Positions 20,008 through 30,308 of a DNA stretch of 64,000 bases are shown piece by piece. A program made the position numbers and the translations under genes. Source of the stretch: Omnitrophica WOR_2 bacterium RIFOXYA2_FULL_38_17 (GTDB taxonomy: Bacteria > Omnitrophota > Gorgyraeia > Zapsychrales > Zapsychraceae); assembly GCA_001805965.1 (NCBI GenBank), contig MHHG01000027.1, positions 477-64,476 of the forward strand, given 5' to 3'. Positions within the stretch are counted from its first letter, which is position 1. Each line of letters starts with the position of its first letter. The notes beneath the pieces are model-generated. The model was given only the letters and a program-made list of their open reading frames with translations, had not been told where the DNA came from and searched no databases.

Positions 20008-22044
20008 TTATCTTCGAATTGCACCTATTTTATCTATCAAAGACTGGCAGATCCTTTCATGCACTTTTGTCACTTCTTCTTCTTTAAGCGTTCCGGTCTT
20101 TGATTGGTATTTACAAGAGCAAACTAATCCCTTATATTCTTTGCCCGGAAGATTTTCGCCCAAATATTCTTCTATTAAATTAAAGTTGTGCATAATATCA
20201 TTGTTATCGTTAAAAACAATGTTCCTTATTTCATCAAAAAGTATATCTTTTTTAATCGCCAAGCTTATGTCCCTAGTCACGATCGGATACTCAATAACAG
20301 GAAAGTATTTCTTTTTGCTAAAAGAACCTGAATAAAAGCTTTCAAGATCAACTTCTGCAAAAACAACACTTGCCCCTTTAATATCCCAGGCATCAAGAAC
20401 CTCCTGGCATATTCGTCCGACAGCCCCGATCTTTTTTCCTCTCAAAAATATTTGAGCATTTTCTCCTGCAAAAAACGGCAACTCGCTTATCTTATAAGAA
20501 ACAGCGCTGTCTTGTATGCCTGTCCCGCTAAAAACTTTTCCGACTATGCCTTTTATATCAATAAAGTCTACATTGTTCTGTTTTAGCTTACGCCAATCTC
20601 TTAAAGCAACCCCTGTCATAATGACCGCTAGCGTCTCTTTCTCTCCTTTATTCGTATATATTTTGCCTGCCTCGAACAAGCTGATATCTTTCTGTCCCCT
20701 GTTTAAGTTAAACTGCACCCTAGATAACATGCTCGGCAGCAAAGAAGGTCTCATCATTTCTTGATCTTGTGACAACGGATTTACTATATTTAATTTTTCT
20801 ATATCGGATAGCTTTGAATCATTTAAATTTTTCTGGCTTATCATGGTATATGTAACTGTTTCACTGCAGCCTTGAGCCATCAGGATTTGTTTAATTTTCT
20901 TTCTTAACTGGATCTCTTTGCTTTCAGAAATGTTTGAAACCTTTATGCTCGGCATAGACAGAGGGAGATTATCATAGCCAATTATCCTTGCAACTTCTTC
21001 AATAATATCAACCTCTTGAACAATATCTCCTCTAAAAGATGGTGGCACAATAGTAAAGACCTTCTGTTTGTCGACTTTGACATCAAAGCCGAGCTTATCA
21101 AAAATATTCTTACATTGTGTAACAGACGTATCTGTTCCTAAGAAGCTGTCGATCTTTTCTTTTTCAATAACAATTTCTTTTGCTGCTTTATTCCTGCCCG
21201 TAACTTTAATATCCGAGCTTTTTACAATTTTTCCGCCGGCTTCTTTAAGAATCAAAGACAAGGCCCTGTTCGAGCAGTTCTCCACTGTAGGATAGTCGAC
21301 CCCTCTTTCAAAACGATAAGAAGAATCACTTGAAAGCCCTAATTTTCTTGAGGCTTTTCTAACAATAATCGGGTCGAAATATGCGCTTTCCAGAAGAATG
21401 TTCCTTGTTGAAGCCGTTACTTCTGTTTCCTTGCCCCCCATGATACCTGCAATAGCAACTGGCTTTTCTGCATCTGCTATAACAAGGATTGACGGGTCTA
21501 GGGCCCTTTCGATATCATCAATAGTAACTATCTTCTCGCCATCTTTAGCCCTTCGGACAATTATCCGTCCTCCGGCAAGCTTATCATAATCAAAAGCATG
21601 TAACGGCTGTCCTGTTTCTAGCAAACAAAAATTAGTTATATCAACAATATTGTTGATCGCTCTTAAGCCTAATGAATTTATTCTTTTTAATAATTCTTTT
21701 GGTGCTTGCTGTATTGAAATGTTTTCAACCACTGTACCAATATAACGAAGGCAGCCTTTTTTGTCTTCTATCTTAATGTCGCAAATGGCATCAGCCTTTG
21801 ATAGTTTTCCTGTTCTCGGCAGGGCCAGCTCTTTATTTAAAACTGCCGATATCTCTCTGGCTATGCCTATCATGTTTAAACAATCTGGCCTGTTAGGAGT
21901 AACCTCCACTTCAAATATAGTGTCGCCTCTGACTAAAGAAACATTTTCCACCTCCAGCCCTGCCATGGTTAATTTGTCAGCCAAGCTTCCCGGAGGGATT
22001 TTAACCTCCACATAATCTTTAATCCAGTTTAAGCTTATTTTCAT
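20008..22044 (-). CDS. pheT: Phenylalanine--tRNA ligase beta subunit (short form)
   Basis: TPNRPDC, GQPLHAFD, SSYRFERGVD, EEVARIIGY, C-terminal FDX-ACB domain. Confidence 0.95.
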   Translation of the reverse strand: MKISLNWIKDYVEVKIPPGSLADKLTMAGLEVENVSLVRGDTIFEVEVTPNRPDCLNMIGIAREISAVLNKELALPRTGKLSKADAICDIKIEDKKGCLRYIGTVVENISIQQAPKELLKRINSLGLRAINNIVDITNFCLLETGQPLHAFDYDKLAGGRIIVRRAKDGEKIVTIDDIERALDPSILVIADAEKPVAIAGIMGGKETEVTASTRNILLESAYFDPIIVRKASRKLGLSSDSSYRFERGVDYPTVENCSNRALSLILKEAGGKIVKSSDIKVTGRNKAAKEIVIEKEKIDSFLGTDTSVTQCKNIFDKLGFDVKVDKQKVFTIVPPSFRGDIVQEVDIIEEVARIIGYDNLPLSMPSIKVSNISESKEIQLRKKIKQILMAQGCSETVTYTMISQKNLNDSKLSDIEKLNIVNPLSQDQEMMRPSLLPSMLSRVQFNLNRGQKDISLFEAGKIYTNKGEKETLAVIMTGVALRDWRKLKQNNVDFIDIKGIVGKVFSGTGIQDSAVSYKISELPFFAGENAQIFLRGKKIGAVGRICQEVLDAWDIKGASVVFAEVDLESFYSGSFSKKKYFPVIEYPIVTRDISLAIKKDILFDEIRNIVFNDNNDIMHNFNLIEEYLGENLPGKEYKGLVCSCKYQSKTGTLKEEEVTKVHERICQSLIDKIGAIRR

Positions 22045-22046
22045 AA

Positions 22047-23057
22047 TTAGAACTGCTCCAAAAATCTTTTATCGTTTTCATAAAAAAGACGAATATCTCT
22101 GATTCCGTATCTTAGCATTGCAATTCGTTCGACGCCCAAGCCAAACGCCAAGCCCGTATACTTGCCTTTGGGGTATCCCACTGCTTTAAAAACCTGTGGG
22201 TGAACCATGCCACAACCCATTATCTCAAGCCAATCCTTCTTGCCCTTTTCCCAGGAAATATCGATTTCTGCTGACGGCTCAGTAAAAGGAAAAAAATGCG
22301 GACGAAAGCGCATTTTTATATTGTCGCCAAAGAACCTATTGCAAAAAGTTGTGAGCAATCCTTTTAAATGTGAGAATTTTATGTCTTGATCGACAAGCAG
22401 TCCCTCTATCTGGTGGAACATAAAAGAATGGCTGGCATCAACAGCATCTGGACGATACACCTTGCCAGGAACTACAACCGCCAAAGGCGGCTTGTTTGCT
22501 TTCATAACGCGGATCTGCACCGGAGATGTTTGGCTTCTAAGAAGAAGCTTTTTATCTTTATCGCCCGGATCAACCTGGTCGACATAAAATGTGTCAAAAC
22601 CATCTCTTGATGGATGATTGCTCGGTATATTTAGGGCATCAAAGTTATTGAACTCTGTTTCTATTTCAGGGCCTTCCTGTACAATAAAGCCAAGCTTTTC
22701 AAACAGACCACAGATCTCATCCATTGTCTGCGTCAGCAAATGGGAATGCCCCAAATCATTAGCAACCCCTGGAAGAGTAACATCAATATTGCTCTTCGAT
22801 GACTGATTTATGGTATCCTTCACGCTTAGCTTTTTTTCTTCAATAAGGCCTGAGATAAAATTCTTTAATTCGTTGGCATTCTTCCCTAAAAGAGGCTTGT
22901 CTTCTTTGGAAGCTGTTGACAAAGAAGCATAGACCTGGGGGATAAGTCCTTTTTTGCCTAAATATTTTATCCGGAAAGATTCTAAGGAAGTATTGTCGCA
23001 GATAGAATCTGCTTCCTTTTGTGCTTGATTTCTAATTGTTTGAAAGTCCCATGCCAT
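22047..23057 (-). CDS. pheS: Phenylalanine--tRNA ligase alpha subunit
   Basis: LLRSQTSPVQ, FHQIEG, FPFTEPS, AFGLGVER; ATG 23057 preferred over 23072. Confidence 0.95.
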   Translation of the reverse strand: MAWDFQTIRNQAQKEADSICDNTSLESFRIKYLGKKGLIPQVYASLSTASKEDKPLLGKNANELKNFISGLIEEKKLSVKDTINQSSKSNIDVTLPGVANDLGHSHLLTQTMDEICGLFEKLGFIVQEGPEIETEFNNFDALNIPSNHPSRDGFDTFYVDQVDPGDKDKKLLLRSQTSPVQIRVMKANKPPLAVVVPGKVYRPDAVDASHSFMFHQIEGLLVDQDIKFSHLKGLLTTFCNRFFGDNIKMRFRPHFFPFTEPSAEIDISWEKGKKDWLEIMGCGMVHPQVFKAVGYPKGKYTGLAFGLGVERIAMLRYGIRDIRLFYENDKRFLEQF

Positions 23058-23167
23058 GTATATTTTCACCAAGATTGTTATTTACTGTTTTTTTCTAAAA
23101 ACGAGAGCTATTATAACATTGTTTATTGTTTTTGAAACCGATATTTTTTCTGAACGTTCAAACATTT

Positions 23168-24622
23168 TTACTTGTGCCATGTTGAAGGAATAAATAATAC
23201 TAAAATAGAATACAGCTCAAGCCTTCCTGCCAACATCAAAAAAGACAAAAACCACTTACCCGGGTTAGAAATCCACGCATAATTCCCAACAGCTCCCACT
23301 TTCCCTAGCCCCGGACCAATATTGCTAAGACATGCTATCGACGCTGAAAAAGCTGTCACCAGATCACATCTTTCTGTTATGGTCATGACAATTGTCCCTA
23401 AGAAAAACAATGCTATATAAATTACAAAAAACGATAAAACAGATGAAACGATCCTATCTGCCTGTGGGGCCTTGTTGAACCTGACAGGCAAAACCGCATT
23501 GGGGAACAATGCCTGCATAATAGATCTTAAGGCAATTTTCAAAGATAAGAAAAACCTTATTACCTTCATACCTCCGCCGGTAGACCCGCCGCAGCCACCT
23601 ATAAACATTAAAACAATCAAAATAAACCTTAATGCCTGAGGCCAAATATCAAAATCTGCCGTAACATATCCTGTCGTAGTCATAACCGAAAAGGTTTGAA
23701 ATGCTGCCGTGCGTAAAGGGCTACTGACAATGGAATTTAAATGCAGCACTACTGTAAAGATAAAAATACTAACAACAGCCAGGAACAAGTACCATTTAAA
23801 TTCTTCATTTCTAAAATATTGCCCTATCTTTCCTCTAAGTGCCTGATAATGTAGCATAAAATTAACGCCGGCTAAAAACATGAAGAATGTAATCACCCAC
23901 TGAATATATGGCCCATATGCGCCTATACTTGCGTTCTTTGTTGAAAATCCACCTGTTGCCATTGTTCCAAAAGTATGGCAAAGAGCATCAAAGAAAGGCA
24001 TCTTCCCGAGCATTAGCAAAATCGTCTCGACAACCGAAAGAAGAACATAAACAGTCCAAAGCATCTTTGCCGTTTCCTTTATCCTTGGCTCTACTCTTTC
24101 AACCGTTATACCAGGAGATTCCGCTTTAAAAAGCTGAAAATCATTTTTAGACACCACCGGCAGAAGCGTTAAATACAGCACAATAATTCCCATTCCGCCA
24201 AGCCAGTGAGTAAGGCTTCTCCAAAATAAAATCCCTCTTGGCAGGGCTTCAACATCGATAAAAATCGTAGCTCCAGTTGTCGTAAAGCCGCTAACTATTT
24301 CAAAAAAGGCATCCGTATAATTACTCACAACATGACTTAAATAAAGAGGAAGGGCTCCAAACGCCGACAAGCAAACCCACGACAGCCCGACTATAGCTAA
24401 ACCATCTTTTGCGTTTAACCTTTCGTAGTCCTCTGTGTCCATCCTGACATTCCAGAACACTATGCATGAAACAAAAAGCCCCAGCAATATAGTCACAATA
24501 AAAGATATTGTCTCCTTGCTATGAGGATCATCCGCAATTGCCCACAAAAGAGGAATCGTCATGATCATACATACAATCATTTGTACTCTGGAAACAATAT
24601 TCAGAACAAATTTCTTGTGCAT
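23168..24622 (-). CDS. trkH: Trk potassium uptake membrane protein
   Basis: SGFTTTGA, WLGGMG, ATGGFS, GGCGGSTGGG, SNIGPG, GRLE. Confidence 0.95.
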   Translation of the reverse strand: MHKKFVLNIVSRVQMIVCMIMTIPLLWAIADDPHSKETISFIVTILLGLFVSCIVFWNVRMDTEDYERLNAKDGLAIVGLSWVCLSAFGALPLYLSHVVSNYTDAFFEIVSGFTTTGATIFIDVEALPRGILFWRSLTHWLGGMGIIVLYLTLLPVVSKNDFQLFKAESPGITVERVEPRIKETAKMLWTVYVLLSVVETILLMLGKMPFFDALCHTFGTMATGGFSTKNASIGAYGPYIQWVITFFMFLAGVNFMLHYQALRGKIGQYFRNEEFKWYLFLAVVSIFIFTVVLHLNSIVSSPLRTAAFQTFSVMTTTGYVTADFDIWPQALRFILIVLMFIGGCGGSTGGGMKVIRFFLSLKIALRSIMQALFPNAVLPVRFNKAPQADRIVSSVLSFFVIYIALFFLGTIVMTITERCDLVTAFSASIACLSNIGPGLGKVGAVGNYAWISNPGKWFLSFLMLAGRLELYSILVLFIPSTWHK

Positions 24623-24631
24623 TAAAAACCT

Positions 24632-25990
24632 TTAGAAACTTTTTTTTTGAATAAAAAACGATTGGACTTTCTTAACTTCTGTTTCTTTACAAAAGACAAC
24701 GACCTTATCCCCTTCTTTGATCTGTGTGTCTCCTTTTGCAAGAAACGCTTTTGAATCCCTGAAGACAGCTCCAATAATAGAGTTCTTGGGAAAGGACGCA
24801 TCTTTGACAGGGACTTTTGTTATTGGGGAATTTTTCTCGACAATAAATTCCAGGGCTTCCGCTTTACAATCAAGCAATTTAGTAATTGAGCTAATCGTTT
24901 TCCCTCTGACATAACTTAAAATGTGCTCAACAGCTAAAAGATGCGGGTTAACAATAACATCAATATCTAGCGCATCGACGATTGACATGTAGTCAGGGTG
25001 CTGGGTCATAATAACCGTGGCTTTTGCCCCTCTTTTTTTCGCTAAAACCGCGCTAATCAAGTTTGAATTATCATTATCGGTAGCACCGACAAAAACATCT
25101 GTTGCTTCAATTCCACATTCTGTCAAAATATCTTTATCCGATGCTGAGCCATTAATAACTTTTGTAAGTTCCAGTTTCTCAGCAACGTTCTCTGCAATCT
25201 TAGTGTCTTCTTCCAAAAGAATTACGTCTCTTATTGTTTTTGATAGTTCTTGCGCAACATGCACACCAGTAACAGTTGCACCATATATAATAACTTTTTG
25301 AGGTTTTTTAGCTTTTGGGTCAACAAAAGATAAAAACTCCCCAAGAGATTCTTTCGGCAGTAGAACATATATTCTATCATTTGAATGGAGCACAGTTTCA
25401 CCAGTGGGAATAAAAGCTTCTTTTTCTCTGTTAATAGCTACAACAAGAAAAGGCCATGGAAAATCGTCATCGTTAAAGTCGCTTATTTTTGATCCTGCAA
25501 GAGGGGACTTTTCAGGAAGGTCAAAACCGCGAAGAAGTATGCTTCCTTCTGCAAAATCACCAACTTCTCTTGTTCCAGGAGAGCATATTGCTTTTACAAT
25601 AGCGTGTGCCGCAACCTCTTCAGGGTTTATAATTTCATCAATATTAAAATGCTCAAAGCCTGACGCCCCCAGCTCTCGACTTAACGCTGTATTCCTTACT
25701 CTTGCAACTTGCCTTTTGGCTCCAAAGAAATCAGCCAAAGAACACACTATCATGTTCGTTTCATCCGAATGAGTAACCGCAATAACTAGATCAGCGCTTT
25801 CAACTTGAACTTTTCTAAGCGTATCTGGATCTGCTCCGCTTCCAAACACCACTTTTGCATCAAGCTTTTCATCAACTTTTCTTGCTATTTCCTCACAAGC
25901 TTCTATGACATAGACTTCATGTTTCTCTTTAACAAGAGATTTTGCCAGGTTTAAACCAATCCTGCCTGCACCAATAATTATTATTCTCAT
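24632..25990 (-). CDS. trkA: Trk potassium uptake NAD-binding protein
   Basis: IIIGAGRIG and two RCK N/C domain pairs. Confidence 0.93.
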   Translation of the reverse strand: MRIIIIGAGRIGLNLAKSLVKEKHEVYVIEACEEIARKVDEKLDAKVVFGSGADPDTLRKVQVESADLVIAVTHSDETNMIVCSLADFFGAKRQVARVRNTALSRELGASGFEHFNIDEIINPEEVAAHAIVKAICSPGTREVGDFAEGSILLRGFDLPEKSPLAGSKISDFNDDDFPWPFLVVAINREKEAFIPTGETVLHSNDRIYVLLPKESLGEFLSFVDPKAKKPQKVIIYGATVTGVHVAQELSKTIRDVILLEEDTKIAENVAEKLELTKVINGSASDKDILTECGIEATDVFVGATDNDNSNLISAVLAKKRGAKATVIMTQHPDYMSIVDALDIDVIVNPHLLAVEHILSYVRGKTISSITKLLDCKAEALEFIVEKNSPITKVPVKDASFPKNSIIGAVFRDSKAFLAKGDTQIKEGDKVVVFCKETEVKKVQSFFIQKKSF

Positions 25991-26011
25991 AACACTTTGG
26001 ACCTTTTAAAA

Positions 26012-26038
26012 TTTAGGCCCTGCTAATCAGGGCCTAAA
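26012..26038. terminator. Hairpin downstream of rplT
   Basis: TTTAGGCCCTG-CTAAT-CAGGGCCTAAA. Confidence 0.55.
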
Positions 26039-26070
26039 AATTTATTAATCGTTCAATAGCTTGTTATAGT

Positions 26071-26418
26071 TTAGCATTGTGCTAGATTGACAAGTTTTTT
26101 GAATGCTCCTGGAGAACTAACTGCTAATTCTGCCAATATTTTACGATTAATCTCGATATGTGCTTTTTTCAATCCATTCATAAAACGGCTATATGTCGTA
26201 TCGGCTTCCTTACAAGCAGCATTAATACGAATAATCCAAAGACTTTTAAAATCTCTTTGTCTTACTTTGCGGTCCCTGTATTCATACACCATTCCTTTAA
26301 TAACAGATCTTTTTGCTTGTTTGAACCTTTTGCTCCTGTGCCCAAACTGACCCTTGGCCTGTTTTAGAACTTTCTTTTTTCTCTTTTGTGCCGCAACGAC
26401 ACCTCTCACTCTAACCAT
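26071..26418 (-). CDS. rplT: 50S ribosomal protein L20
   Basis: [32 protein letters not shown]. Confidence 0.96.
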   Translation of the reverse strand: MVRVRGVVAAQKRKKKVLKQAKGQFGHRSKRFKQAKRSVIKGMVYEYRDRKVRQRDFKSLWIIRINAACKEADTTYSRFMNGLKKAHIEINRKILAELAVSSPGAFKKLVNLAQC

Positions 26419-26608
26419 ATGGCAACAACCTCCTTATTTTTTTTACATCTGCATCAGAGACATAGCTGCTTTTACGTAAATTACGTTTTCTTTTTCTGGA
26501 CATTTTGCCTAGAATATGACCTCTATTTGCACTACGCTTTTTTAACTTTCCAGATTTTGTAATCTTAAACCGTTTAGCAGCTGACCGGTTGGTTTTCAAC
26601 TTTGGCAT
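26411..26608 (-). CDS. rpmI: 50S ribosomal protein L35
   Basis: [21 protein letters not shown]...LLPY. Confidence 0.96.
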   Translation of the reverse strand: MPKLKTNRSAAKRFKITKSGKLKKRSANRGHILGKMSRKRKRNLRKSSYVSDADVKKIRRLLPYG

Positions 26609-26702
26609 TTCTTTTCCTTTCTCAACTTCTCATTTATTCAAAAATAACAAGAACGCTCTGATCTTGTAATGGAATTTTTAGAACAACATTGCTTCAAATG
26701 AA

Positions 26703-27218
26703 CTATTTATCAGCATTCGGATTCAAAACAACATACATCGTTTTTCCTTCCATAGAAGGGGCTGATTCAGGAGTTCCATGCTCTTTCATGTCAACTACCA
26801 TTCTCTCAACAATATCTTTTCCTAAATCCCTGTGCATTAATTCTCGTCCACGAAACATCATGTTTATCTTTACCTTGTCCTTCTTTCCTAAGAACCCAAT
26901 CGCCTGCTTTAATTTTATCTGATAATCGCTTTCGCCTATATGCGGTTTTAATCTGATCTGTTTTAAATGCGTAACGTGCTGGTTCTTTTTGACCTTTCTT
27001 TCCTTTTTCTCCTGGTCATATTTGTACTTGCTATAATCCATTATTCTGCACACTGGAGGTTTTGCTGTTGGAGCAATTTCAACTAAATCCAATTCATGCT
27101 CTTTTGCTAGGTCTATAGCTCTTTTTATTACTACCACTCCCAACTGCTCTCCATCAGGGCCGATAACTCTAACTTCTGATGCCCTGATTCGTTCATTGAT
27201 TCGTATAAATTTTTGAAT
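26703..27218 (-). CDS. infC: Translation initiation factor IF-3 (ATT start)
   Basis: ORF extends upstream as IQKFIRINERIRASEVRVIGPDGEQLG to an in-frame ATT 7 nt after GGAGG; LDLVEI-x-P-x-AKPPVCRIMDY, FRGRE. Confidence 0.93.
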   Translation of the reverse strand: MQKFIRINERIRASEVRVIGPDGEQLGVVVIKRAIDLAKEHELDLVEIAPTAKPPVCRIMDYSKYKYDQEKKERKVKKNQHVTHLKQIRLKPHIGESDYQIKLKQAIGFLGKKDKVKINMMFRGRELMHRDLGKDIVERMVVDMKEHGTPESAPSMEGKTMYVVLNPNADK

Positions 27219-27234
27219 AATTACACCTCCTATA

Positions 27235-28968
27235 TTAATTTTTTTCCTTAACCCTATATAATACCTGTTTAAGAAATTCTTCTTGTTTTACTGTTCCTGT
27301 TTCTCCTTGTCCATATTGCCTTACAGACAATGTGTTTTCAGCTACTTCCTTGTCTCCGACTATAAGCAAATAAGGAATCTTTTTTACAGTTCCTTCCCTT
27401 ATTTTCTTATTCAAACTCTCATTTCTTTCATCAATTATAACTCGCAAACCCGCATTCTGTAAGTATTCTTTTACTTTTATAGCAAAAGATTTGTGCTCTT
27501 CACTGATCGGAATAATAACAATTTGCTTTGGTGAAAGCCAAACAGGAAAGGCCCCCCCATAATGCTCTATCAGTGTACCAAAAAACCTCTCAACGCTGCC
27601 GAAAACGGCACGATGCAGCATAATAGGCCGTAGATACTGTCCTTCAGGGCTCATATAAGTCAGGTCAAACCTCTCGGGCAAAGAAAAATCACATTGTATC
27701 GTCGCACATTGCCATGAGCGCCCAATAGCATCCTTTAGCTTAATATCTATCTTTGGCCCGTAAAACGCTCCGTCACCCTCGTTAATTTGATAATCAATCC
27801 CTTTTTCCTTTAAAGACATTTCAAGTGCTTGCGTTGCATTATTCCAGTCTTCATCCTTGCCAATGTGTTTTTCCGGCTTTGTGCTGACCTCTATTGTCCA
27901 CGCAGAAAAACCAAAATCTTTCATTGTCTCAAAAACAAAATCAATCACTCCCTTTATCTCTTCTTTTAATTGGCCTGGCGTACAAAAGATGTGTGCGTCA
28001 TCTTGTGTAAATCCTCTGACACGTAAAAGGCCGTGCAAAACTCCCGCTTTTTCTTGACGATATACTGTGCCAAGCTCAAAATATCTAATTGGCAGCTCTC
28101 TGTAAGAACGAATCTTGGATTTATAAATCAACATATGTCCCGGACAATTCATCGGCTTAACAGCATATTCTTCTTCATCAACCTGAAAATAATACATGTT
28201 CTCTCTATAAAAAGCTGAATGGCCGCTTAAGTCCCAAAGTTTTCCTTTTAGGATATTTGGCGTTGTTATCAGCTCGTATCCACTTCTTAAATGCTTATCT
28301 TTAGAATAGTCTTCAATGATCTTTTTAAGCATCGCTCCATCAGGATGATAAAAAACTAACCCCGCACCTGCCTCATCATGATAAATATGGAAAAGATCAA
28401 GCTGTGTGCCTAATTTTCTATGGTCTCTTTTGTCTGCTTCTTCCAACATATGAACATGATCGTTTAATTCTTCGTCAGTAAAAAAACATGTTCCATAAAT
28501 ACGTTGAAGCATGGGACGAGATTCGTCTCCCCTCCAATACGCGCCAGCAATAGAAAGAAGCTTAAAAGAATGTATATCAGAAGTGTTGTCGACATGAGGC
28601 CCCTTACAAAGATCAACAAATTCCTCGCCTGTTTTATAAAGAGAAATCTCCTCCTCTTTAGAAAGGTCTCTTATGAGCTCTGCCTTATAAGTCTCATTTT
28701 GTTTTTCAAAGAGCGCTATCGCATCCTGCCTAGAAACTATCGATTTGACAAATGCTTGTTTTTTATTGGCTATCTTTCGCATTTGTTTTTCAATACTTTT
28801 GAGGTCCTTATTCGTGAACGGTTCAGGTTTATCAAAATCATAATAAAAACCGTTTTCAATCGGAGGACCAATAGCAACTTTTGTTTCAGGCCAAAGATCT
28901 TTTACAGCTTGAGCCATAACATGAGCACAGCTGTGCCTTAATTTGTCTAAATCTGTGTATTCTTTCAT
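27235..28968 (-). CDS. thrS: Threonine--tRNA ligase (no N-terminal TGS domain)
   Basis: RHSCAHVMA, DLCKGPH, KPMNCP, RVRGFTQDDAH, GAFYGPKID. Confidence 0.96.
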   Translation of the reverse strand: MKEYTDLDKLRHSCAHVMAQAVKDLWPETKVAIGPPIENGFYYDFDKPEPFTNKDLKSIEKQMRKIANKKQAFVKSIVSRQDAIALFEKQNETYKAELIRDLSKEEEISLYKTGEEFVDLCKGPHVDNTSDIHSFKLLSIAGAYWRGDESRPMLQRIYGTCFFTDEELNDHVHMLEEADKRDHRKLGTQLDLFHIYHDEAGAGLVFYHPDGAMLKKIIEDYSKDKHLRSGYELITTPNILKGKLWDLSGHSAFYRENMYYFQVDEEEYAVKPMNCPGHMLIYKSKIRSYRELPIRYFELGTVYRQEKAGVLHGLLRVRGFTQDDAHIFCTPGQLKEEIKGVIDFVFETMKDFGFSAWTIEVSTKPEKHIGKDEDWNNATQALEMSLKEKGIDYQINEGDGAFYGPKIDIKLKDAIGRSWQCATIQCDFSLPERFDLTYMSPEGQYLRPIMLHRAVFGSVERFFGTLIEHYGGAFPVWLSPKQIVIIPISEEHKSFAIKVKEYLQNAGLRVIIDERNESLNKKIREGTVKKIPYLLIVGDKEVAENTLSVRQYGQGETGTVKQEEFLKQVLYRVKEKN

Positions 28969-29014
28969 TTTATTCTACAATCTTTATCCAAAAAATAAAC
29001 GCCCATTGTTGATC

Positions 29015-29091
29015 TGGTGGGCCCAAGAGGGTTCGAACCCCTGACCTCTTCCACGTCAAGGAAGCGCTCTAACCAACTGAGCTATGGGCCC
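29015..29091 (-). tRNA. tRNA-Val(GAC)
   Basis: GGGCCCATAGCTCAGTTGGTTAGAGCGCTTCCTT-GAC-GTGGAAG...GGTTCGAACCCTCTTGGGCCCACCA. Confidence 0.95.
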
Positions 29092-29114
29092 AAAGCATTC
29101 CTTGCTAACATATA

Positions 29115-29197
29115 TGGGCAAGGTGGGAGTCGAACCCACACGACCTTGCGATCAAAGGATTTTAAGTCCTTCGTGTATGCCATTCCACCACTTGCCC
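29115..29197 (-). tRNA. tRNA-Leu(TAA)
   Basis: AAGGA-CT-TAA-AA-TCCTT anticodon arm, long variable arm, GGTTCGACTCC. Confidence 0.93.
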
Positions 29198-29217
29198 TAA
29201 AATAATAATCACAAAAA

Positions 29218-29288
29218 AGGCGCGGACCGGATTTGAACCGGTGTACGTGGTTTTGCAGACCACTGCCTAACCCCTCGGCCACCACGCC
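29218..29288 (-). tRNA. tRNA-Cys(GCA)
   Basis: GTGGT-CT-GCA-AA-ACCAC anticodon arm, U73 discriminator. Confidence 0.93.
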
Positions 29289-29293
29289 AAAAA

Positions 29294-29839
29294 TTATTTA
29301 ACTATCTGAGCCACTTTCTTCACAATATCCTCAACATTCGCTAAATGTCCTTTGCCAATATCCCCACAAGCTAATTTTCCTGTTCCCGGCTCAAGAAAAG
29401 TTATCCCGTAATTCTTTAATTTTGTACAATTGTCCTGCAATATCTTGTTCTCATACATTTGAGTGTTCATTGCAGGTGCAATTAATATTGGCGCCTTTGT
29501 TGCCATTGAAACCGCCGTCAACAAATCGTCTGCTATGCCGTTTGCGATCTTACCGATTATATTGGCTGTTGCCGGAGCAATCAGCAGAATATCAGCTTGC
29601 TTTGCTAAATCAAGATGCTCTATCTCCCAGGAATCAACTCTTCCTGAGAACATATCGCTGTAAACTTTTTCTTCAGAGAGGCTTGATAGTGTTAAAGGAG
29701 TAATAAACTGCAGAGCTCCCTTTGTCATTACGGGAATTACTCTAAAGCCTTGATCCTTTAATCTTCTAATAATATCGCCAGCTTTATATGCCGCAATGCT
29801 TCCGGTAACGCCTAAAATTACAATCTTTTTGTTAGACAC
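29294..29839 (-). CDS. coaC: Phosphopantothenoylcysteine decarboxylase (stand-alone CoaC domain)
   Basis: GVTGSIAAYK, APATANIIGKIANGIADD, APAMN, LACGD-x-G-x-G; ends without a CoaB domain. Confidence 0.9.
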   Translation of the reverse strand: MSNKKIVILGVTGSIAAYKAGDIIRRLKDQGFRVIPVMTKGALQFITPLTLSSLSEEKVYSDMFSGRVDSWEIEHLDLAKQADILLIAPATANIIGKIANGIADDLLTAVSMATKAPILIAPAMNTQMYENKILQDNCTKLKNYGITFLEPGTGKLACGDIGKGHLANVEDIVKKVAQIVK

Positions 29840-30084
29840 TATTCTTCAGTTTCTTCTTTCGCTTCCACTATTCCTGCAGGAGCGTTTCCAACAGCTTCTT
29901 TTAATTCAATCTTGCCTTCAGCTATTTCCTGCAAAGCAATGGAAGTAAGTTTATCCGTCGTTAAATCGACTAATTTTCTTTTGCCATCTGCAAGTTCAAG
30001 CGCGCGCGTAGCCGCCATTCTTGAGAGCTTATAAATACTCCAATTGGACCTTGGTAATAATTTCTCAACTGTTGATCTTAGCAT
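29839..30084 (-). CDS. rpoZ: RNA polymerase omega subunit
   Basis: SIYKL-x-x-x-AATRALEL, ALQEIAEGKI; between gmk and coaC. Confidence 0.88.
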   Translation of the reverse strand: MLRSTVEKLLPRSNWSIYKLSRMAATRALELADGKRKLVDLTTDKLTSIALQEIAEGKIELKEAVGNAPAGIVEAKEETEE

Positions 30085-30308
30085 ATTAAACTTCCACCTC
30101 TCTGTTTATAGTTCAAAAAATCTTTCTTTATATAAAATTCAACAAAAAAAACCCTTATTATTATATTAATACAGGGCTATTTATATATCATATGTTGCGA
30201 AATATGTCAAAAAAAACTTTTCTACCAATTTTTTCTTGTGATTAATAAAATTTTCTTTTAACTCAATTATTTTCTATAACTTACAATCCTTCTAATCATT
30301 AGTGGTAT

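Noticed and set aside
29017-29285. Short ORFs 29017..29205 and 29082..29285
   Set aside because: They overlap three well-formed tRNA genes.
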